DNA from: Microcoleus sp. GA_180221_E-2-1-MAG-45_12
GTDB lineage: Bacteria; Cyanobacteriota; Cyanobacteriia; Cyanobacteriales; JAAUUE01
Length of the DNA: 64,000 bases
Direction of reading: 5' to 3'
Assembly (NCBI GenBank): GCA_020692245.1
Contig: JAIMKT010000001.1
Location: 125,173 to 189,172, forward strand
The position numbers were made by a program, and so were the translations under genes. The first letter of the stretch is position 1; every line of letters starts with the position of its first letter. Shown here in pieces: positions 55,797 to 64,000 of this stretch. A model generated the notes under the pieces. That model was not told where the DNA came from. It ran no database searches and was given only the letters and a program-made list of their open reading frames with translations.

Positions 55797-57986
55797 ATGG
55801 CTAAACTCCCTCAGCATGATGGTGACAGGAAAAATTCTCGACTTGTTGAGCAGCAGAGGCAACAAGAATTTCAGCAACAAACTCAGCAAGCAATCCACCA
55901 CATCATCCTCGGTCATACCCGTGGTAATTGTCAGGGTAATCAAGGTAATCGGGGTAATCATCAAAGCTGGCAGCTTTTGACGGAATTAGCATCCTATCTT
56001 CGATCGAGCTTTGGGGTAGATTTTTGCTTGCTCTGCCCACCCCAACAGGGGAATGGAATTCTGGTTACTGCTGATGAGAGCTACTCTTGTTGTCGATCGC
56101 CCCTCATTTCATGGTTAGTAGCCTCAGAACTGTTAGTCCCGTCGGGAGAGATGATCGCTGTTCAGAACCTTCAAAACTTTCAAAACTTGCCAGAGATCGA
56201 TCGAACTTCCTTACCCCCATCCTTCAGGGATATGGTTAGTTTACTAGGGATAGAAACCCCCACTAGTGAAGATTTAACTAATAATAATGAGAGCTTAACT
56301 GGGAGTTTAACTAGAAATTTAGCGGAGAATTTAGCAGAGAATTCAACCGGAGAATGGATCATATCGGGAGGACTAGTGCTGCTGGGATGTTGTCAGGAGC
56401 AGAACTGGACGCAGGGACAGCAGGAATTACTCCGCACCCTCGTTCCCCTAGTGGCGATCGCTCTCCACCAGAGCCAAATTCAACATCAGCTAGATATCTG
56501 TTATCCCTACCAAAAACTAGTTAATCAAATTACCCAAGCGATTCGAGACCACGAAGAAATTAATCAAATTCTCCAGCAGGCGATCACGGCGATCGGACAA
56601 ACCCTTGGGGCTACAACGGGGACAATTCTCCTGTTGAAATACAAAGAACCTGCCTGGAAAAGAGCCGATCGAAAATCCTTAGAAATGATCACAGCTCACA
56701 AAGCTGCTCAGTGGTCAGCCCCCCAAAATTTTTCACCCCTCCTTCCCCAGAAAGTTAGCTTTTCCCTTGCCCTTTCTCCCCTCTGCGGTCAAGCTTTCCA
56801 ACAAGCTCCCCAACCCTTGATGATGACGACCAATCCGGGGGGGGTGATATTTCCTTTAATGGGAGCGATGGGTCATGCTCATCCGGCAAGAGTGCTGGGG
56901 TTTTTAGTATTGGAATACCACCCTGTGCGGCAGTTACTGGAGGGTGAGTTGGAGTTAATTAGCTCTGTGAGTAATCAAATTAGCTACGCCCTGATCCAAG
57001 ACCAAACCCTGCGCCAAGTGAAGGCGATCGTCGATGACCGGACAGCCCAACTCCAAACCAGTCTAGAAGTGCAAGGGCGGCTCTACGAAAAAATTCGCCA
57101 TCAGGTAGATCAACTGCGGCAGTTAAATCAGATCAAAGATGAGTTTATCAGTGCCATCAGCCACGAACTCCGCACCCCCTTAACCAGCATGAGTCTGGCG
57201 ATTCGGATGCTCCGAGAAGAAACCCTCACCCCCGCCAAGCAAGCCAAGTATCTGGAAGTATTGGAAGAGCAGTGTCAGCAGGAAATTTTGTTGATTAATG
57301 ACCTCCTCGCCCTCCAGCAACTAGAAGAAAATTCGCCCCTAATTAGCCTAGAGACGATCGATCTCCAGCCACTTCTGCAACAACTAGCCCAAACTTTCCA
57401 TAGACATTGGACAACCAAGGCTCTCACCCTAGAATTAGAAATAGTTACTGTCCCCGCCCCAAATTCTAAAGCTGGTAATGTTAAGGTTGCAAATACTAAA
57501 GCTGGAAATTCCAAAGCAGAAACTTCTCATCCTAAATCAATCAAAGTCGTTACCGATGAAAATACCTTTGGTGCATCTCCCTTGCCCGCAATCTCCCTAA
57601 TCACCCACCCCGACAGTCTCCAGCGCATCTTAGCAGAACTGTTGACTAATGCTGGAAAATATTCCGATCCAGACACCACCGTCCGCCTCCGCATCGAACA
57701 GGCAGCAGCAGAAACTATCTTTAAAATTGTCAATGAAGGGGATGGGATTGCCCCAGAGGAGCAGGACTTGATCTTTGAAAAGTTTCATCGTACTAAAACT
57801 GCCGTTAAGAAGACGATCGCTGGCACTGGGTTGGGTTTGGCTCTGGTTAAGCCCCTTGTGAAACACCTCCGAGGCAAGATTAGTGTATCGAGTAAACCCC
57901 AGGACGATCGACCCACTTGGGTAACTTGCTTCACGGTCAAGCTGCCACATCTTCAAGTTGATGATACAGTGAACAGTAAGCAGTGA
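55797..57986 (+). CDS. GAF-domain sensor histidine kinase
   Basis: H-box FISAISHELRTPLTSM, N-box LLTNAGKYS, G-boxes NEGDGI and GTGLGLALV. ATG at 55797 preferred. The C-terminal VNSKQ* is encoded by a heptamer array. Confidence 0.8.
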   Translation: MAKLPQHDGDRKNSRLVEQQRQQEFQQQTQQAIHHIILGHTRGNCQGNQGNRGNHQSWQLLTELASYLRSSFGVDFCLLCPPQQGNGILVTADESYSCCRSPLISWLVASELLVPSGEMIAVQNLQNFQNLPEIDRTSLPPSFRDMVSLLGIETPTSEDLTNNNESLTGSLTRNLAENLAENSTGEWIISGGLVLLGCCQEQNWTQGQQELLRTLVPLVAIALHQSQIQHQLDICYPYQKLVNQITQAIRDHEEINQILQQAITAIGQTLGATTGTILLLKYKEPAWKRADRKSLEMITAHKAAQWSAPQNFSPLLPQKVSFSLALSPLCGQAFQQAPQPLMMTTNPGGVIFPLMGAMGHAHPARVLGFLVLEYHPVRQLLEGELELISSVSNQISYALIQDQTLRQVKAIVDDRTAQLQTSLEVQGRLYEKIRHQVDQLRQLNQIKDEFISAISHELRTPLTSMSLAIRMLREETLTPAKQAKYLEVLEEQCQQEILLINDLLALQQLEENSPLISLETIDLQPLLQQLAQTFHRHWTTKALTLELEIVTVPAPNSKAGNVKVANTKAGNSKAETSHPKSIKVVTDENTFGASPLPAISLITHPDSLQRILAELLTNAGKYSDPDTTVRLRIEQAAAETIFKIVNEGDGIAPEEQDLIFEKFHRTKTAVKKTIAGTGLGLALVKPLVKHLRGKISVSSKPQDDRPTWVTCFTVKLPHLQVDDTVNSKQ

Positions 57987-58107
57987 ACAGTAAACAGTGA
58001 ACAGTGAACAGTGAAGAATCTTGATTAGTCTTTCGTAACTGAATCAATAACTATCCACTATCCACTCAATAACTGATAACTGATAACTGATAACTGATAA
58101 CTGATAG
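57967..58107. repeat. CAGT-core heptamer arrays: (CAGTGAA/CAGTAAA)n left, (AACTGAT)5 right
   Basis: Left array at 57967-58015. Five perfect AACTGAT units at 58071-58105, ending 5 nt before the ABC1 kinase ATG. Confidence 0.9.
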
Positions 58108-58111
58108 CCCA

Positions 58112-59791
58112 ATGTTGAGCAAAATTACACAGCCAGAGTCTTTTCGCTGGCAAAAATCTAATGCATCTGCCTTGGGGCGACAACGGGATATTTTCTTAGC
58201 CGCTACCCAGTGGATTTCCTACCTGTGGTGGGATAGTATTTTTCCCAAAAATTCCTCTGCCCATCGCTACAAACGGGCTAAATGGGTAGTGAGCAAGCTC
58301 CTAGATTTGGGGCCAACATTTATCAAGATTGGGCAGGCTCTGTCTACCCGTAGTGATATTTTGCCTTTGGAGTATGTAGAAGAGTTGGCGATGTTGCAGG
58401 ATAACGTACCACCTTTTGGTTCGGGGCTGGCGATCGCCGTCATTGAGGCAGATTTGGGCAAATCAATTTATGCGATCTATCGAGATTTTGATCCGATGCC
58501 GATCGCTGCGGCTAGTTTGGGGCAGGTTCATCGAGCGAGGCTACACACCGGGGAAGAAGTTGTGGTCAAAGTCCAGCGTCCGGGATTAAAGCAATTATTT
58601 GATCTAGATGTACAGGCTTTGCAGAAATTAGTTAATTTTTGTTATCGCTATTTCCCTTGGGCAAAAAAGTATGAATTACAAGCTATTTATGAAGAATTTG
58701 TCAGTGTTTTATATCAGGAAATAGACTATACGATCGAGGGCAAGAATGCCGATCGCTTCCGAGAAAATTTCCAAGATTATCCGGGGGTAATTGTCCCAAA
58801 ATTATTCTGGCAGTACAGTAGTAAAAGAATATTAACTATTGAATACGTACCGGGAATTAAAATTAATGATTGTGTCGCTCTCGAAGCTCAAGGCATTAAT
58901 CTCAAGGAACTAAATCTAGTCGGGGTCAGTTGCTATCTCAAGCAATTACTAATTGATGGTTTTTTTCAAGCCGATCCCCATCCGGGCAACATGGCAGTAA
59001 GTGATGACGGTCAGATTATTTTCTATGATTTTGGGATGATGATCGAGATGCAATCCCTCGATCGAGAGCAGATGATTAAAACTTTTTTTGCTGTCCTCAA
59101 GAAAGATACTAATGCGGTGATTGATTCTCTGGTTTTAATGGGGTTAATTGAGCCAGTCCCAGATATGACTCCCGTGCGGCGGTTGATGGATTTTATCCTC
59201 CAAGAGTTTACCGAAAAACCCCTAGAATTACCTTCTCTAAAGCAAATGGGTGGCGAAATTTATGAGATTTTTGAGGAGCAACCCTTTCGACTCCCAGCAA
59301 AAATGACGTTTATTATCAAAGCCCTCACGACTCTAGATGGCATTGCTCGCACCCTCGATCCCAAATATAATCCCATTGCCTGTGCCAAGCCTTTTGTTAA
59401 GAGTTTTACTAACGATCAAAGTAAGAGTAGTTTATTCAAAACTATTGCTAATCAAGCAAGAGAACTAGTAGTTAGTCGTTGGAATCAACCCAGTAAAACA
59501 GAGTTATTATGGCAGCGTTTGGAAGAAAGATTGGAACGGGGCGAACTGCAATTACGGGTAAAATCTCTGGAGAGCGATCGCACTCTAAAAAGAATTAATA
59601 TTGCCCTCAAAGCCATTATTTATGCTTGTCTTAGTGGTTTTACTCTTCTCACTGGAGTTGTCCTCCTGATGGGCAGCTATGCAGGTTGGGCGTATCTACC
59701 TTTTACTATTTCATGTATCAGCTTTTTTATATTTTTTTGGCACATGTTTAATCTAGGAGTTAAAGAAAAATTGGATAAGCTAGCGAAGTAA
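58112..59791 (+). CDS. ABC1/UbiB-family atypical protein kinase
   Basis: GPTFIK.GQ.LSTR.D.LP..Y..EL..LQD.VPPF; AAASLGQVHRA; HADPHPGN. Two C-terminal TM segments. Confidence 0.9.
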   Translation: MLSKITQPESFRWQKSNASALGRQRDIFLAATQWISYLWWDSIFPKNSSAHRYKRAKWVVSKLLDLGPTFIKIGQALSTRSDILPLEYVEELAMLQDNVPPFGSGLAIAVIEADLGKSIYAIYRDFDPMPIAAASLGQVHRARLHTGEEVVVKVQRPGLKQLFDLDVQALQKLVNFCYRYFPWAKKYELQAIYEEFVSVLYQEIDYTIEGKNADRFRENFQDYPGVIVPKLFWQYSSKRILTIEYVPGIKINDCVALEAQGINLKELNLVGVSCYLKQLLIDGFFQADPHPGNMAVSDDGQIIFYDFGMMIEMQSLDREQMIKTFFAVLKKDTNAVIDSLVLMGLIEPVPDMTPVRRLMDFILQEFTEKPLELPSLKQMGGEIYEIFEEQPFRLPAKMTFIIKALTTLDGIARTLDPKYNPIACAKPFVKSFTNDQSKSSLFKTIANQARELVVSRWNQPSKTELLWQRLEERLERGELQLRVKSLESDRTLKRINIALKAIIYACLSGFTLLTGVVLLMGSYAGWAYLPFTISCISFFIFFWHMFNLGVKEKLDKLAK

Positions 59792-59827
59792 TCAGTTATC
59801 AGTGAACAGTTATCAGTTATCAATGAG
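59791..59827. repeat. CAGT-core heptamer array (ATCAGTTATCAGTGAACAGTTATCAGTTATCA), inverted relative to 58075-58105
   Basis: The reverse complement matches the upstream (AACTGAT)n array at 29/31 positions. Begins within the stop codon of the kinase gene. Confidence 0.9.
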
Positions 59828-59857
59828 AGAATATTTGTAAAAGTTTAATTTCTGATT

Positions 59858-60370
59858 TTAGAGGGTTTCTTTTTGTTGAATTAGGGCTTGCCATTCCACA
59901 ACAACTGCGGCGGGAATTGTTAGAAGACGCTTTTCTTGGGTGAGGGGAAGACTCAAAATTAGGTTCTGATCTTTTGGTAGTTGATCTGTTAAGGGATTAA
60001 TATCAAACTGCCCCACATTATCTGCGGGGGATTTCTTGATAAATTCATCTTCAGCGATTAATTGCTGACCATTGACAAGGTTAATTTCTAGATTGCCGGG
60101 ATGAGTAAATTTATCTCGATCGGGAAAGCCGACTAATCTTAGTTCTAGTTGATCTTTATGGGCAAACAATACTACTTGCCAAGGAGATTTTTGGTCATCT
60201 TTGAGAGTCTGTCGAGATTGGATCATGATTTGTCCGGGGGCTTCTTCCATCGATCTAATTGCTGCCTCGGCGGGTGAGATTTACCATAGCTGACTAACCA
60301 TTAAAGAAAGAGTGAAAATTATGACAGTTATCAGAGAGAAGGCGTAGATTTTGTTTATTTTATAGAGCAT
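59858..60370 (-). pseudogene. Secreted conserved cyanobacterial protein (possibly DUF3122-like) interrupted by an in-frame TAA between signal peptide and mature domain
   Basis: Own translation: MLYKINKIYAFSLITVIIFTLSLMVSQLW-TAA(60283-60281)-ISPAEAAIRSMEEAPGQ.... This is the same frame as the track ORF 59858..60250. Confidence 0.5.
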
Positions 60371-60409
60371 TTTTAGAACCTAGGATTTTAGAGTTTTAGA
60401 GCTTAGAAT

Positions 60410-60733
60410 TTAGTCTTCGCAGGAGGATATATTCTCGATCGAGAGATTAGATATTTCTATTAAAGATTGAGCGCAGAGGCTGAGATACTTGACATCGGCT
60501 AAAAAGTAGATGCGATTATTTCCTTCCTTCCGACAGGCCACTACCCCCGCCATCCGCAGCATTTGGAGGTGTTTAGAAACATTTGCTTGGCTTAAGCCTG
60601 TGGTCACACAAATTTGCCCGACATTTTGTTCTTCCTGACAAATACACCAGAGAATGTACAAGCGACTAGGGTCACTGAGGATCTTAAATAATTCTGCAAG
60701 GCGATCGAAGTCTGGTTGAGTTTTTACAGGCAT
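60410..60733 (-). CDS. ArsR/SmtB-family metalloregulator-type repressor
   Basis: LFKILSDPSRLYILW and wHTH GLSQANVSKHLQMLRMAGVV. Cys cluster CICQE...QIC. Lies 17 nt downstream of sqr. Confidence 0.85.
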   Translation of the reverse strand: MPVKTQPDFDRLAELFKILSDPSRLYILWCICQEEQNVGQICVTTGLSQANVSKHLQMLRMAGVVACRKEGNNRIYFLADVKYLSLCAQSLIEISNLSIENISSCED

Positions 60734-60750
60734 GGAAAATAAAAAGTTAG

Positions 60751-62073
60751 TTATGAATTAGTCACAGGAATTTGTGTTGGAGATGTTTGGGGTGACAACA
60801 CCGGGGAAGAGAGCTTTAGCCCAAAAAGTAGTCTTAATCCTAATTTTTCAAACCAAGGTAATCCTAACCCCAAACGCATTTTCCATAGGAAATATAGCTC
60901 AAAGGCAATTTTTGCCCAGTTTACCCAAATTCCTTGGGCAGCGTAGGAGTAGCGTCGTTTCCCGGTGACAGGATCGGCAACCACAGGGGCAGCAATATAG
61001 GCAATACCTGTATTCCCAAACTCAGCAAAACAGATAGCTTCTAGGGTCGGAGTTTCTAGGGGTTTATGGATTATTCCTAATTCTACAGCGATATTATGGG
61101 CGGCAACCATTGCCATCGCTTCTACCATTTGTCCACTTTTGGGCATCCCGATGGGAACAGGGGTTTTATCTGGTTGCTCTAGCTGGACACTCACGCCTAC
61201 GCCATAGATGCGATCGTGATCTCGGTGGCGCTGGGTTGGCAAGATGGGCAGGAACCCCTTTTCATTTCCAAGTCCCGATGCTTGAACAAATTTGGCTCCC
61301 CGAAAGGACGGTAAAATCATACTATAACCGGAGGCAAACGCCCGACCATCCCGGAGATAAACTGTATTGGGGGTAAGTCCGGCGATCGCTGCATTGGTAA
61401 TAGTCTCAATGCCCCGGAACCGCATTAATTCCTCAGTCAATTCCTGCGCCCGATGCACCTCCGCAATTCCTAAATGTCCAATATAGGGTTCTGGGGTGAT
61501 GTAGGTGATCTTGACTTGATCTCGGAGTCCTTTTTGGCGTAGCTCCCAATCAGCCAAGAGTAAAAATTCGTAGGCGGGGCCAAAACATCCGGCTCCCGGA
61601 GCGGCTCCTACAACTAGATCGGTCGGGTTTTGCAAAAATTCTTCCCAAGCTGTGTGGGCTGCCAAAGCATGGTGAGGGTTACAAACTGAATGACCATACT
61701 CACCTAATCCGGGAACTAGGTCGGTGGCTAATTCCGCACCACTGGCAATGACTAAATAATCATAATCAATCTGCTGTCCTTCCTTTGTCATCACTAGGCG
61801 TTGCTCTGGATTAATCAACTCTACTTTTCCTTGGAGCCATTCCAGCCCGTGCCGCCGACTCAGAGTAGCCATATCTAGCTGAATATGCTCTAGGGGAATA
61901 TGTCCCAGCCCTACCTGAATTAGACCGGGAATAAACGTAAATTTGGGGGAGTCTGACAATAGGGTGACTTGGTACTGCGCTCCGAGGTGTTGTTTGAGTT
62001 CATAGGCGGCGGGTAATCCTCCTAATCCTGCTCCAATGATTAACACTCGACCTTGCTGGTTGGTTTTATGCAT
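60751..62073 (-). CDS. sqr: Sulfide:quinone oxidoreductase, type I-like
   Basis: FAD fold VLIIGAGLGGLPAAYEL. All three SQR cysteines are in context (GHSVCNPHHA, GAGCFGPAYE, LEAICFAEFG; compare Aquifex SQR C124/C156/C347). C-terminal amphipathic membrane helices FELYFLWKMRLG. ATG at 62073 with an AAGAGGA ribosome-binding site. Confidence 0.85.
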   Translation of the reverse strand: MHKTNQQGRVLIIGAGLGGLPAAYELKQHLGAQYQVTLLSDSPKFTFIPGLIQVGLGHIPLEHIQLDMATLSRRHGLEWLQGKVELINPEQRLVMTKEGQQIDYDYLVIASGAELATDLVPGLGEYGHSVCNPHHALAAHTAWEEFLQNPTDLVVGAAPGAGCFGPAYEFLLLADWELRQKGLRDQVKITYITPEPYIGHLGIAEVHRAQELTEELMRFRGIETITNAAIAGLTPNTVYLRDGRAFASGYSMILPSFRGAKFVQASGLGNEKGFLPILPTQRHRDHDRIYGVGVSVQLEQPDKTPVPIGMPKSGQMVEAMAMVAAHNIAVELGIIHKPLETPTLEAICFAEFGNTGIAYIAAPVVADPVTGKRRYSYAAQGIWVNWAKIAFELYFLWKMRLGLGLPWFEKLGLRLLFGLKLSSPVLSPQTSPTQIPVTNS

Positions 62074-62116
62074 AAAGTCCTCTTGGTAAATTTTTTTGTA
62101 AAATCTTTTCAACAAA

Positions 62117-62132
62117 ATAACTAAATAGTTAT
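62117..62132. promoter_or_regulatory. 6-4-6 palindrome ATAACT-AAAT-AGTTAT in the sqr / DUF302 divergent promoter region (candidate ArsR-type operator)
   Basis: Perfect inverted repeat read directly. Lies 44 nt upstream of the sqr ATG and 61 nt upstream of the DUF302 ATG. Confidence 0.35.
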
Positions 62133-62192
62133 ATACTTATGCTAGTACACTAACACATAGTTTAATAACGTTCAATATTACAGAGAAATAAA

Positions 62193-62591
62193 ATGTATCA
62201 TTTCAGCAAAAAACTGCCCGTTACTTTTGAAGAAGCGATTCCCCTAGTTAAAACTGCCCTCCAGCAGGAAGGATTGGGAGTGTTGACAGAAATTGATGTC
62301 CAAGCGGCTTTTCAGAAAAAACTCGATCGCAGCTTTCACCGTTATCTAATTTTGGGAGCCTGTCATCCCCATGTTGCCTACGATATGTTGCAAATCGATG
62401 ATAAAGCCGGGGTCATGTATCCCTGTAATGTGGTGGTGCAGGAACATACCGATGGAGTGGTAGAAGTTTCTGCCGTTGATCCCCTTGTGATGTTTTTGAT
62501 GGTGCATAGCCCCCAAGCCAAGGAGATCGCCCTCAAAGCCAGTGCCATGATGCAGAGAGTCATTGCCAGCTTACCTAGTAGGGAGGGTTAG
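62193..62591 (+). CDS. DUF302-domain protein
   Basis: F.EA...V...L...G.GVLTEIDV......KL.......Y.ILGACHP..A...L......G...PCNVVV.E pattern. Confidence 0.8.
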   Translation: MYHFSKKLPVTFEEAIPLVKTALQQEGLGVLTEIDVQAAFQKKLDRSFHRYLILGACHPHVAYDMLQIDDKAGVMYPCNVVVQEHTDGVVEVSAVDPLVMFLMVHSPQAKEIALKASAMMQRVIASLPSREG

Positions 62592-62594
62592 ATC

Positions 62595-63587
62595 ATGTGG
62601 AGAGTACTGCTATTTTTGCAACGTCAATTAGTCTGGTCTGTGCCTGCCTGTATGGTGGCGGGGATTACCTTGGGCTATTTCTTTGATCTAAGTTTTCTCA
62701 AAAGTACGATCGTCCCCTTTACCTTTTTGATGGTTTATCCCATGATGGTGAATCTGCAATTTGGGAAACTTTTAGCGGGGGGCAGTTGGAAATTACAAGG
62801 GATCGCCCAAGGGATTAATTTTCTGGTGATTCCTTTTCTGTCCTACGGTGTGGGCTGGCTATTTTTTCGAGATCAACCCCTAATTTGGTTAGGTTTACTC
62901 TTGACTGGCTTACTCCCCACCAGTGGCATGACCATTTCTTGGACGGGTTTTGCCAAGGGAAATCTGAATGCAGCAATTCAAATGACGGTGATTGGTTTAA
63001 TTGCTGGTTCTCTAGCTACGCCTCTCTACGCCAAAATGTTACTGGGGCGGGCGGTGGAAATTCCCCTAGGGGAGACTTTTAAGCAGATTGCGATCGTCGT
63101 ATTTCTGCCCATGATCCTTGGCTTTCTGACCAAACGAGGATTACTACTTTTTTATAGCAAAGAGAGGTATGACAAACAACTCAAGCAAAAATTTCCCGTA
63201 TTCTCGACTCTAGGAGTATTAGGTATTGTCTTTGTGGCGATGGCTCTCAAGGCTAAGGATGTGGCAAGTAACCCTCTAGTTGTCCTTTCCTATTTTGTCC
63301 CCCTGAGCATTATTTATGGAGTAAACTTTGGTTTAAGCACGATCGTCGGTAAATATCTCTTTAATAGAGAAGACGGGATTGCTCTAGTTTATGGCACAGT
63401 GATGCGAAATCTCTCCATTGCCCTAGCGATCGCCATGACCGCCTTCGGCAAGGAACAGGGTTCAGAAATTGCCCTAATTATTGCCATGTCCTATATTATT
63501 CAGGTTCAAGCCGCCGCCTGGTATGTGAAATTTAGTGATTATTTCTTTGGGAAACCAAAACAATTAGCAGAGGATGGTCAAGGGTGA
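62595..63587 (+). CDS. BASS/SBF-family permease related to ACR3 arsenite transporters
   Basis: About 10 TM segments. MVYPMM.NL... and LLPTSGMTISWTGFAKGNLNAAI blocks. Lacks the RC(I/V)AMV Cys motif of bona fide ACR3. Confidence 0.65.
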   Translation: MWRVLLFLQRQLVWSVPACMVAGITLGYFFDLSFLKSTIVPFTFLMVYPMMVNLQFGKLLAGGSWKLQGIAQGINFLVIPFLSYGVGWLFFRDQPLIWLGLLLTGLLPTSGMTISWTGFAKGNLNAAIQMTVIGLIAGSLATPLYAKMLLGRAVEIPLGETFKQIAIVVFLPMILGFLTKRGLLLFYSKERYDKQLKQKFPVFSTLGVLGIVFVAMALKAKDVASNPLVVLSYFVPLSIIYGVNFGLSTIVGKYLFNREDGIALVYGTVMRNLSIALAIAMTAFGKEQGSEIALIIAMSYIIQVQAAAWYVKFSDYFFGKPKQLAEDGQG

Positions 63588-64000
63588 ATCAACTTAAAAG
63601 CTGGGGATTTTCTGCCCAATGGTGGAAGGGAGAACGGGGCGAATATTGGGTAATTGGTCAGGGACTACTGTTTCTGGGAATTATCCTCCTGCCTGTTTAC
63701 CCTCTGGCAAGTATTGTAACCAGTATTGTTAACAGTTTCCCCGGTAGCTCGATCGACCCATCAGCTCCAATTTGGCAATACACAAGCTGGGGATTAACTG
63801 GTTTATTTGGGACGATAGCCGCAGTATTTTTGTTAGGAGGCAGCATTAATTTGGGGACAAACCTGACCCCCCTGCCCCACCCCAAGGATGAGAGCCACCT
63901 AGTCACGGCGGGAGTCTATAGCCTAGTGCGGCATCCCATCTATAGTGGGGTAATTTTTCTGACTCTTGCCTATGGTTGTTGGCAGGGGAGCTTATCCCAT
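63584..64000 (+). CDS. ICMT/PEMT-like membrane methyltransferase (partial; continues beyond the window)
   Basis: Own translation from GTG at 63584 (GTGA overlap with the upstream stop): VNQLKSWGFSAQWWKGERGEYWV...LVTAGVYSLVRHPIYSGVIFLTLAY. Confidence 0.65.
   Translation, partial: MNQLKSWGFSAQWWKGERGEYWVIGQGLLFLGIILLPVYPLASIVTSIVNSFPGSSIDPSAPIWQYTSWGLTGLFGTIAAVFLLGGSINLGTNLTPLPHPKDESHLVTAGVYSLVRHPIYSGVIFLTLAYGCWQGSLSH

Noticed and set aside
1-64000. Looked for tRNA, rRNA, tmRNA, RNase P RNA, riboswitches and CRISPR arrays in all intergenic gaps
   Set aside because: I found no cloverleaf-compatible segments, rRNA-like conserved blocks, or repeat-spacer arrays by eye. A covariance-model scan (tRNAscan-SE or Infernal/Rfam) would be needed to exclude small RNAs.

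Overview
Cyanobacterial chromosomal segment. The HIP1 octamer GCGATCGC recurs throughout (e.g. 1312-1319), and hallmark genes are present: ntcA, a dapF/hfq divergent pair, nirA-nrtABCD, VKOR-thioredoxin fusion, ftrC. About 60 genes are mostly housekeeping: plsX-fabH, an lptA-like/lptB/lptFG cluster, thiD, nadK, ssb, bioY, cofH, tsaB, sppA, aroH. I saw no rRNA, tRNA, CRISPR array or intact mobile element. I do not see a clear-cut novel multi-gene system. The best candidates for follow-up are: (1) two tandem paralogous ~66-aa genes, each preceded by a GTGA-N6-TCAC palindrome (CRP/NtcA-family type) and ATCAC repeats; (2) a type I sulfide:quinone oxidoreductase-ArsR operon divergent from a DUF302/BASS-ACR3-like permease/ICMT-like methyltransferase operon, with a 6-4-6 palindrome between them; (3) a TetR/DevB/DevA/TolC efflux cluster that lacks the DevC permease and has a shortened DevB; (4) CAGT-core heptamer arrays that form inverted pairs around genes and supply C-terminal tails and stop codons; (5) a secreted-protein gene split by an in-frame TAA; (6) an unlisted 49-aa ORF with a repeat-encoded (IKK)n tail. 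Family names come from my recognition of motifs in the translations, not from database searches.
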